Part shown: in pieces, positions 1 to 9,546 of the stretch
Position numbering within the stretch: position 1 is the stretch's first letter
How the letters are laid out: each line of letters opens with the position of its first letter
Assembly (NCBI GenBank): GCA_046563655.1
Contig: CM102286.1
Span: 806,001 to 870,000 of the forward strand
DNA: 64,000 bases
Reading direction: 5' to 3'
From: Yuukianura sp. NJ FZ-2021
Lineage: Eukaryota
Notes under the pieces: model-generated
What the model saw: the letters and a program-made list of their open reading frames with translations, nothing else
Told to the model about the DNA's origin: nothing
Database searches by the model: none
Program-made: the position numbers and the translations under genes

Positions 1-1367
1 AGTTCCAATATCAGAGCAAATATTTATTTCCCTCCCAATTTCATTTTGAATTCTCCGCAAATCCACTTCTTTTCCCTCTCCTTTTTCAAATGCATACAAA
101 ATTTGTTTGCCCGTCGTCAGCTTGGTCAAGCACAAGCAGGTTCAGCTTTCTCTGAAAGCAAAGCTTAAACCGAAAACTTTATTCAAAAAAGTAGTTTTTC
201 TAAAAAACCTTATTGTGTATGTCTGCCTTTTTTCAAAAAAGTTCCAATTCCGAAATGTAACACGGAGTTGTACGAGGCTATTGAAAGTATGGACGATCCT
301 TAGTGAAAGCTTTCTCTGAGAAAATCGATAGTTTTCGTTCCATTTTCTTCAAAATAAGGAGCCCACTGCGAGTCTCGAACTCACAAAAAGTTAAAACGCT
401 TTTCCAAAACTAACAAAAACTTTGGCCATAAGATAAAGATAATTTTAGTACAGCAAACGCCCTTTACACCACGCCACCAACCGCACCATCATCATGTCAC
501 ACATTCAAACTTTTTTAAATTTCCTAAACTTCTCAAAACAAAAATCCTTTTTCAAACGCCCGACTGCCTAAAATTTCAAAATTCAAGCAGCCTCAAATCA
601 CCTTTGATGAATAATAGGCCGCAATTAGTCGCCGGGAATCTAGCTTTTCAATTTCAAACTTTCCCGCACACAACGCCGCGGTGTGCTGGTGGTGTTCAGG
701 TGTAGTCAATGCTAATTGCCCAGCATCAAGAATACTGTTATTGGTCAACCATAAAATCCAGTACATTCTTCTGCGCCTGCGTCATGCTCAGGGTGATTCT
801 GGCGGTTTCATTCAAAATCAAACGTTTGGCGCGGTTTTCTTTAAATCTCTTAACAGTTTCAAACCAATTGCATTTACTGTAAGTGTTTCTCCCTCTTTAC
901 AAAACACCCTTGATGAAGATTAATGGTCCACATCACACCGTTTCCATTCTGCTACCGCCCACATCCAGCCCCACCAAATTTTACGGCCCCACCACAGCCC
1001 CACTACCACCCTTCTACTCTCCGTAAACAGCCCATCGATCACTCATTTACTCCACGGTGGCTTTCCAACGTTACACAACAAGACAGCATCTGAGGAAATC
1101 ATCTCAAAACAAAATTGAATAGAACCCGGGAAGTTTCAAAATCAAACTCCCGCCTTGTCTGCGTTCACAAAAGAAGTTTTAATGATGTGATTAAAATCAG
1201 TAGAACGTGAGAACTGCTCTGTACTTTGCAGCAGTAGAGGCTTATTGATTCCTTGGAGCCAAAAAGCAATTAGCCCAGGAGGAAGGAACAATCAAAACAA
1301 GAAGATGAGCCTCATGTTTACACACCTTCACAAACTATGCTCAAATCACCCTTCCGCACCACCATCA

Positions 1368-1480
1368 TTTACCATTTTCAGCCTCCAAAACTCAAAATTT
1401 ACCATTTTCAGTCTCCAAAACTTGCAAATTTACCATTTTCTGCCTCTAAACCTTACAAATTTATCATGTTCAGCGTCAAC
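1368..1480. repeat. Degenerate ~30-bp tandem repeat, about 4 copies
   Basis: Unit approx. TTTACCATTTTCAGCCTCCAAAACTCAAAA recurs with a 30-31 bp period. Confidence 0.7.
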
Positions 1481-4400
1481 ATTTCGCACAAATTTTGAAA
1501 CTTCCAAAAATCTACTTACGGCGGCTCAATTTCTTCACTAATTAAGTCACAACAGACTTCGGAAGCTTCGAATTTCCAACACAAACATGAATCTCAAACT
1601 ACGCAGAAAAGAAAAACAATGTCTAAATTTTCCAAACAAAAATTTAGGGAAAAAAAACCTTCACTTTTTTTGTTAGCAAAAATGGCAGTGAAAATCAACT
1701 ATCGAAGAGCAGACGCAAAGTACACGAAATTTTTCAGTGAACAAAACATAACCTAATCGCCTGATTTCAAACTATGAAAAAAGTAAACCGTTGCCTTAAG
1801 GTATACAAAGAGAGCCCTTAAGTCCCCTCTCATCATCCACTTTTTTATTTAAAAAAAAACTAACTTCCGAGCCTCCGGCATTATTTCCAGATTCGGCTAA
1901 AGTGATTGACTTCTTTTCAAACAACTTTTTAATGAAACTTTTTTTTCAAACTACTTTCAAAGCACTTTCTAGAAATAATGTCGACGGGTAAAAAAAATTC
2001 AAACCCTTAATAAAAATTTTCTAAAAAATTTGCAAGTTTGATTAAATTTTTGAATGCACATGAATTTTTGTGTGTACAAAAAACTAACATAAAAATTTAA
2101 AAAAGGATAGAAAAAAGTACAAAACGGTAATTCTTAAAATCAGGAGAAAACACAGGGATTTTGAGCGTTGTAAATTGATCCCGCAGAGCGTACTTTCTCC
2201 TGCCCAAATGAAATATTGCTCCTCACAACGTCGTTTCCTGCAGCACAGGTGCTTTACCTCCTAAAACATAAATCATCATTCTCTTTTAAAGCGTTTTACT
2301 TTTCAAAAAAAAAACTCCCGTTTAGTTACAAACTTTCCCACAAATCGCGTGTAGAAAAAAAACACATGACAAAATTCTCGGATCCAACGCGTGTAAAAAC
2401 ACACATGACAAAATTCTCAATTCAGAAGAGATTCATCACTCCAGCAGCAGAACTGGAGAAAACAGTTTGAAAATTCCGCTTTAATACACCACATACACTA
2501 ACTGCTGTGCAGCAGTTGCAACTTTTCCCATCTCCCCAACTACGTCCCGCCAAAAAAATTCCAAAAATTCGGTGAAAGTTCGGAAGAGAGAAAGTTTTGT
2601 CGTTTGGATCATCTTCTACTGCTACTAAAGAGGACACACAATCCCAAGAAATATGGATTGTTACTACAAACAAACAATTTCATGAATTTAACGAACCATA
2701 AATGAGAACAAACTGTCCAACAACCTCTACACACCTCACTCTTCCTTTTTCCAAGAAAAAATCACAAATCTGGGTCACATGATTCAGCCGACACGTACAC
2801 AAACTACGTCCCGACGGCAAAAATTTCAAAATTTTGTTTAAAACTTCCGCTCTAAATACTTTCGTAAGCTGCGTACAATATTTTGGACGGTTTTTAGAAA
2901 AGCATTTGTAATGTTTTCTTTAGAACAATTTGAAAAGTTTTGTTCAAAAACACGCAGGTCCGTTTTGAGTAATCGAACTAAAAACTTTGGCTTTGAATAA
3001 TTCATTAATTGAATAAAACTAAAGTAAACTGCAACATGAACACTGATCCCTCTGTTCTGTTCTAAAAAAAAGTTTTCAAACTTTGTGCTCTTTTTTTCCA
3101 TCGTTTAAAACATGTTCAGCTTGCACTTTCAAAACTTTTTAAGTCCCCGCCCAAGCTCTCCAACTATCTAATGCCTTCCCAGTTTCACAAATGGAGTCGA
3201 GCCGAAAGCGCCAAATTCGCTTCCATTCAAACTTTTAAAAAAGTTGAATAAATTCAAAAAACGAGTTGAACCTTTTTAATTACACCCACCGCCTTGTGTT
3301 AAAAGAAACATATTGTTCCATCACACTGTTAGATTCAAACAAAAGAAAAAAGAAGCCGTTTTCTTTGTTCTAAAGCTGTTTGCCATAATTTTAAACACCG
3401 CAAAAACCATCTCACTCCCTCCAAATTCAAAAGTCCCGCTTCCATTTAAGGCTGGAAGCAGGGCCGTAACAAAACCAAGATAAAAATTTACATCTTCACA
3501 AAAAGTCACCCGCCAAAAAAAAAAAAACTTTTTCACTACTTTTGTATTTGAGATGCTCTTTTACTACTGAAAATTTTCTAGGCGTTCACAAACATTTCAA
3601 AGAAAGTTGTGCTGCTTGTTCCCTCCAAAAGAAGAAATCTGATTGGAAGTAATAAAATTGAAAGAAGCCTTTCATCCCATGTCAAAATCTCATGGCACTT
3701 GGCCCACTCGTGTGTCCAGTACTAGGCGAAAAGGCAGCGCCCAAGATTTCAATCAGCCCCCCCCTACGAACCCCCCCCCCCCACTCTTTCTGGACAAGAG
3801 CGAAGCCTTTTGTTAGTTCCCAGTCAAGGATTCCTTCCGGAACAAAAAATTTCAAATCATTCGCTGTTCGCAAAAAAAGAAGGAAAAAAAATCCTCGCCA
3901 AACTTCGGCAACTAGTTGATTGAAACTCACTTTTTAAAAAAAAAAAACGGAGTTCAATGACTTTTGTGCCAATTTTAAACTTCCCGATCGGCAACACTTT
4001 TCGCGTAAATCTCAAATTCGGAAGTTCAAAACTTTAGAACAGAAATTCCTCAAAAATGAAAATTCTCCAAAATCCAAATTCCTAAAATTTCTCTCTAGCT
4101 CATTTTGCCTTTTCTGTTCAGATGTTCGAAAATGAAGAAAAATTCAAAATTTGAGGGCCATCCTAATACTGAAAATCGCAGTGTATATCCAAGAAGCTTC
4201 CTTTCCTAAGATCCAGGAACAAAAAATGGTAGAGAATTGTGCTTTCTCGCTGATCAAAGTTATTTGTTCAATTGGATAAGTATCTGCTAAGATCAAAAAG
4301 TGTTTGGAAAGTGATCGGGTGTATCAAAGCCTACACTTTCTCCTCTTCCAAGGATCTCTCGCAAACTCTTCCTGTCTCCAGATAGAGAAATGGAAGAGAA

Positions 4401-4878
4401 AATTAATTCGAGTCGACAGAAACATGAAAGTTTCACACATCCGACTGTCTGCACAGAGACAGATGGGATCTGATCCCACTGCTCCGCTTTTACTTTCCAC
4501 TGAAACGACAAGGGAGTTCTAACGTGATCAAACGAGAGTCTCTCCACAGCTCCAGCATCTCAACACTTACACTTTCACTTCAGCTCCATCCAGAGCTAGA
4601 AGTTAAATATTTAACTTTTAGGCTAAAAGCTAAAAAAACTTAAATAAATTTAAATAAACCCTAAACTAAAAAAACGTAGAAGCTAAAGAAATAAAGTTAA
4701 ATAAATTTTTTATAGTTTATTTAAATTAATTTAAGTTTTTTTAAATAATTTAATTAATTTAAGATAATTTAAGTTAATTTAGGCTAAACTAAATTTTCTT
4801 TTTCAAAGTTTAACACGCCGAATGAGATGCACTCTCAAGGCGTGGGAAAAATTTGAAATTTTGAAACTTAACTATCCC

Positions 4879-4996
4879 GGCTGGTTGAAGTAAACTTTAG
4901 TCGTGCTAATTGTACCTCCTAGGTATTATTAAGTGGAATTGGGTTAACTGGGAGGTACAATTAGCACTAATGAAGTGTTCGTCACTCCAACCAGCC
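4879..4996 (+). other. Long imperfect hairpin near the left end of the hAT element
   Basis: GTGCTAATTGTACCTCC (4903-4919) is the perfect reverse complement of GGAGGTACAATTAGCAC (4951-4967), extendable to 20 bp with one U-G. Outer stem GGCTGGTTGAAG (4879-4890) pairs with CTCCAACCAGCC (4985-4996) with one mismatch. Confidence 0.75.
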
Positions 4997-5440
4997 AAGA
5001 AACTTACAACTAATTAACTACGCTATACCTATATCTAAAACTAACCATTTGAAACAAACCACACATTCAACATCTTCCACGCATCCATTCACTCATCGTC
5101 CACACATACAAAGGTAAGCACGTTCACACACTACAAACTAAATTAACTAATTCTACTTGCTACATTATTTCTAAAGCTAATTAACCTAAAAGCTAAACAT
5201 TAATTGCAACATTCACACTATTCACAGGTACTCAGTCGCATTCACTCATCACATCCAGAGGCAATCAAACACAATCACTCATAGTCATTCGTCCACACCC
5301 ATCCAAAACATTCACTCCATCCATTCGATTCATTCGTCCACGACTCACGGTATATTAAATCTATATATAACTAAATGTAACTAAACATAACTACTAATTA
5401 CTAAACCTAACTAATTAACTGTACTTATCATTCATTCAGG

Positions 5441-5552
5441 TCAGCCACTCTCCATTCAGCCCCAGCCACTCGCCATTCAACCAGTCATTCACCCTTCAGC
5501 CAGTCACTCTCCGTTTAGCCGCAGTCACTCTCCATTCAGCACCAGTCATTCG
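5441..5552 (+). repeat. ~20-21-bp tandem repeat (CAGYCACTCTCCATTCAGCC-like) in a putative 5'UTR exon of the exonuclease gene
   Basis: About 5 degenerate units between an acceptor (TTCATTCAG, ends 5439) and a donor (ACACAG/GTACTC, ~5627). Confidence 0.6.
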
Positions 5553-5781
5553 TCAACATCCAGCCAACTTACACCCGACATCCGATCCTCTCACACTTCA
5601 CATTCATTCAGTCACAACACAACACAGGTACTCAATTTGAATTCATTCACGCACACATTCACGCTTCTACAAATCATGCTAAATCTAACAATACTCATTC
5701 ATACAGACCTCAGTCACTCCGATTTGAACCATCCACGCTCGCAGCCATTCGTCAACATTCACCCAAAGCCAAACTCGAACG

Positions 5782-6852
5782 ATGTCGTCCATCCAGGAAG
5801 CCCAAGTAAGCTAAAAAATAGTAACCTAACCTAACCTTAATTTAAGTAAGTAACCTAACTAAGACTAACGTAACTAATTAAGTACCCTAACTAAGACTAA
5901 GGTTTAAGGTAACTAATTAAGTAACTTAACCTACCTAACACTAAAGTAAGTACCTTAAACCTAACTAAAACTAAACTCTAACCTGAAACTAATAATTTTG
6001 TTTCCTTTGTAGGAACTAGTGTTGAACTGGTCAGCTGGTACTGAACGAAGCGAGCGCATGGAGTACCTCAAATCCTACCTTGACACCTTAAGCTATGATG
6101 AAGTCAGAGGAGTTATGCAATTATGTAAAAGGGCGAAGCGACGCAAGATTGTCCCCACCACACCGAATGTCGCTAACGCTCCGGCAGTCCCAGGGGAACC
6201 TGCGGCAGACCGAGCGTTAGTGGCTCCGGTGGAAGTGGAGCGTGAAAGGCCCTGGTGGAGTCAATTCACAGAAGCAGAGATCGTTGCCTTAGATTGCGAA
6301 TTCGTCTCTCAAATAATCGGACAAGTTGGTAGAAAGAAAAAATGCAAGCAAATCCTCGCCTCAGTAGCCATCGTCGACTACAACGGTGAAGAACTGTACC
6401 ACAAAACCGTTCGAAGAGCCCCAGGAACCTACCATGTGACTCAGAAATCCACTGAAATGAACGGAATCGGCCGAAGGTCACTTGAGCATGGAGATGCAAC
6501 ATTTGAGCAAATTCAGGCTGAAGTCCGCGAAATATTGGATCGAAAGTTGATCATAACAGTGGGAGGAGTGGGAGACTTTATGGCTTTGGATATTGGGCCT
6601 GTGGCTGATTACGAAACGTTCGACTTACAGCGTCACTGGTACCGTCAGGTGCTAAACACCGATGGTGTTTTGGTTGAACACCCAATGGCACTGAAGAAGA
6701 TTTATGAGATCTACTTTCCGAATGAGGAGATTCAAACTGGGGTGCACTCTGCCTTGGAGGATGCGGTAGCCACCATGAAAATCTTCAGGGATGTGTATCC
6801 TGTTGTTAAGACTGACAATGTTAGCTCCAAAATTAACCTCAATCCGTTTTAG
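5782..6852 (+). CDS. DEDDh-family 3'-5' exonuclease (REX4/ISG20/RNase T-like), ~287 aa; exons 5782-5805 and 6013-6852
   Basis: ExoI IVALDCEFV, ExoII GGVGDFMAL and ExoIII HSALEDAVATM motifs. ATG at 5782 (MSSIQEAQ) splices in phase 0 via CAA/GTAAGC (5806) and TTTCCTTTGTAG (6012) into ELVLNW..., joining ORF 6019-6852. Basic NLS-like KRAKRRK. Confidence 0.88.
6169..6224 (+). other. Paired-9mer hairpin H1 (inside exonuclease CDS)
   Basis: GTCGCTAACGCTC [CGGCAGTCC] CAGG-GGAA-CCTG [CGGCAGACC] GAGCGTTAGTGGC; outer stem has two G-U pairs; GNRA-type loop. Confidence 0.8.
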
Positions 6853-6946
6853 CTTAGCATTGTTTCGTAATCTCCGTGCAACTGCTAATTTAATTAAACA
6901 TGAATTTGTTTATCCTGAAATTCAGCGTACTCACCACAAACTTGAG

Positions 6947-7000
6947 AGAAAAATGAAGGGTCCGCCGAGGTTCTAACCTGGTCTGCCGCTTCTCCTTCCT
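6947..7000 (-). other. Paired-9mer hairpin H2 (between the convergent stop codons)
   Basis: Minus strand: ...GGAGAAG [CGGCAGACC] AGGTT-AG-AACCT [CGGCGGACC] CTTCATTTTTCT. Confidence 0.75.
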
Positions 7001-7018
7001 AAATATTGTTTAATTTGT

Positions 7019-9357
7019 TTAACTAATGACTTGAATTTCTTCGTCTACCTCGATTTCATGGTCTGAGTTCGAATCGTCCTCATAACCTAAGTCCATCTCC
7101 TGCTCTGGTGTTGCAGATCGAGGTTTCATTTTCGTAGTCTTGGCCCTTAACACACGGTAGCAGAAGGAAAGTTTCACCATTCTCTCGTGTGTCAAACTGT
7201 TCCTACGCTTGGTCTGTATGATTGGAAATGTGGAAAACATGCGTTCAATTGACGCAGTTGTTGCTGGTGCTCGGTACATCGTCCCCAACAGACGAATTAG
7301 GGTTTGTGGAACGGCAGGTTGGTGCCGTCCAACTTCTTCCCACCATGTTTCTGGCTTGATTGAGCCGATAAATCCGTTGGCCATGAGGTACGGTGGGAAG
7401 TATTCCTCATCTCCAGAGGCCAACAAAACCGCAACTTTTGCGTATTCCGGGTTCATAACTTGAAGCTTCATGATCGTCGCTGATCTAGTTGCAGGGGTCA
7501 AATGCTCACCTAGAATACAAAAAAAAGTACATGAGGAGGGAGACAGCGGCAGTCCCTGCGTAATGCAGCGGCAATCCCTGTTTCCCTGCCGTAAAGGCAC
7601 TGGGCTAACCTACCTCGATATTTCGGATGGAACAAATACGCCACTAGAAAATCCTCGTTGACACAGCGCTCCATTTTCTGGACAATCATTTCTTTCTTGT
7701 GCTTAAGACAATCTTCCACCATCAGGCAGCACCAGTAGTGATAAGCGGTTCCAATGTCGCAGTGATCTTTTTGGCACTATGAATAAGAATATCAATCAAA
7801 TAACCAGACTTAGATTTGACTAAATCCCCTGCCGAAAACCCACATCCAAATGCTATAGTTACGGTGGGGTCTGGGGTGGGTCTGCCGCACCTGGTTGGGG
7901 TGGGACCGCCGCACATCCCCGCATATCCCCTCGTCTTCTCCTATGTTAAGACTGAATTTCCTTACCAAGTTAATGTAATGAGTAATTCTGTCCAGCTGAT
8001 CGAATAGATCTTTTGCATTCCTAAACAGTCCGTAGTTACTGGCAACTTGACGAACCGCTTCGTCCAGAACATGATCCCCCTTCGCATCTTCTTCAAAAAT
8101 GGTGTTGTAAATGTGCCAGTTTTTTATGAAAGATTCGACGCATGCACGATGGGATGTCCAACGGGTGGCGTTTGGTAGTTTCGGTCGAACTCCATTATAA
8201 ACTTTCAAATAATTCCGGGCCTTGTCCACGTTCCTGAAGTAGTTGTTTACCTTTGAAACAAACGAAAGTAAGGTACAAGGTGCGGGAGTCCCACTAAAGT
8301 GCGGCAGGCCCACCTTTTACTTTAAAAACATAATTATTTATGTACTAGTAAGTGTTATTACCTGCTTAATGTAACCAATTATTTCGTTAGGGATTGTTTC
8401 TTTACAGACTATGTTCATCATGTGAGCAGAGCAGCCGTAAACGAGCATTTCCGGGTATTTTTCTGCACAGAGCCGGCGTAATGCTAGCATGGTATTACAG
8501 TTGTCGGTAACGACGGCAGTGACGGTTGTCTCCATGGACTGACATATCCGAATTGCAGCTTCTAATTTTTCAAATAAGTACTCGTGCGTTTTTTCTTCCC
8601 CTTGACATTCCTCGCTGTTCAAAAAGTAGGGTTTACCGTTCGCTAAAATACAATGTGAAACAATGGGCTCCTGGAAAATATTGCTCCAGCCGTCCTGCAC
8701 TAGGGTGACTTCTTTTCCTTTTACGTTTTCTTTCATCTCAGTATACAAGTCATGGTAGACTCTATCCAGTAGAACCCCGCGAAGAGCCTGATAAGATGGT
8801 GGAGTGTATCCAGGACGGAGACTTGAACAAAATTCTTTCCAGACAGTTTGGTTTGTCGCGTTGAAGGGTATACCGAGTGCGTACCAAAACCGGGCAGCAA
8901 GGAGATCCAAGTTTTCTTTTTCTTTTGGACTCGTCTTGATGCAAAATGATCCGACTTTTGGCTGGAGTCCTGATTGTTGTTTGCGGGCACTGGTGCTCGC
9001 TGTGGGTAGGGACTGCCGTGCCAGTATTTCGTTACTGGCAGAACTGCCGCTACCCGAGCTGGATGGTGACGTTACAGTTTGAACAACCATGACTTCATCG
9101 ATCAACTTTTCACTGTCATCCAAACTAGCTGCTTCCTTAGCCTTTGCACACTTGGACAAATGAATTCCCATTCGGGTCGGATTTGGACTAACGTCTTGAC
9201 TACAGTAATTGCAGATTTGTTTCTTGACCCCATTCCGTACAGTCTGTGTAAACACAGCTCGGATATGAGCGTTGGGTCGACCCCCTCCCTTGCCTCTCCC
9301 ACTTCTACCGATTGTCGGAATGGGCCTTGTTCCTGTAGCTGACGAACTTGCCGACAT
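7019..9357 (-). CDS. hAT transposase, ~644 aa; exons 9357-8362, 8250-7966, 7776-7614, 7509-7019
   Basis: N-terminal BED-type zinc finger (CNYC...HLSKC). Catalytic DGWSN and VTDN motifs, CxxH (CSAH), RW motif (NATRWTS), and C-terminal hAT dimerization region with catalytic E (WW...ASIERMFS). All three introns are GT-AG and the exons join in frame (KQ/VNNYF, INL/CQKDH, KYRG/EHL) with no internal stops. Confidence 0.93.
7537..7587 (+). other. Paired-9mer hairpin H3 (transposase intron 3, antisense)
   Basis: AGGGAGACAG [CGGCAGTCC] CTGCG-TAA-TGCAG [CGGCAATCC] CTGTTTCCCT; G-U pairs in both stems. Confidence 0.8.
7873..7920 (-). other. Paired-9mer hairpin H4 (transposase intron 2, sense)
   Basis: Minus strand: GGGGATGTG [CGGCGGTCC] CACC-CCAACCA-GGTG [CGGCAGACC] CACCCC; outer stem is weaker and bulged. 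Confidence 0.7.
8273..8320 (+). other. Paired-9mer hairpin H5 (transposase intron 1, antisense)
   Basis: GTACAAGGTG [CGGGAGTCC] CAC-TAAA-GTG [CGGCAGGCC] CACCTTTTAC. Confidence 0.75.
9004..9055 (-). other. Paired-9mer hairpin H6 (transposase exon 1, low-complexity linker)
   Basis: Minus strand: GGGTAG [CGGCAGTTC] TGCCAGTA-ACGAAA-TACTGGCA [CGGCAGTCC] CTACCC. Confidence 0.8.
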
Positions 9358-9490
9358 TGTTCAGTTTTTAAATGAAGTAGTTTGCTGGCTGAGCACAACA
9401 ATTTTCGATTTGAAAATCGAGTCAAGTCAAGAAATGTCTTTGTTCAGGGTGGAAACAGAAGCACTGATTATAAAAACATGTGATGGCTTA

Positions 9491-9546
9491 TTGGAGTGGC
9501 TCGTCGGCAGTCCAATTTCCGTTCGGCAGTCCACGAGTCACTTCAA
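9491..9546 (+). other. Paired-9mer hairpin H7 (upstream of the transposase ATG)
   Basis: TTGGAGTGGCTCGT [CGGCAGTCC] AAT-TTCC-GTT [CGGCAGTCC] ACGAGTCACTTCAA; all three non-Watson-Crick stem pairs are G-U on the plus strand. Confidence 0.8.

Noticed and set aside
6791..6976. Overlapping +1 ORF as a C-terminal extension of the exonuclease
   Set aside because: The exonuclease domain is complete before the stop at 6852, and there is no clear splice or frameshift signal.
7810..8313. ORFs 7019-7600, 7510-7722, 7810-8313 and 8338-9357 as separate genes or a frameshifted pseudogene
   Set aside because: They are exons of one transposase joined by canonical GT-AG introns.
8513..8521. Lone CGGCAGTGA (and ACGGCAGG at ~7311) as further hairpin copies
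   Set aside because: No second 9-mer and no twin-loop stem arrangement.
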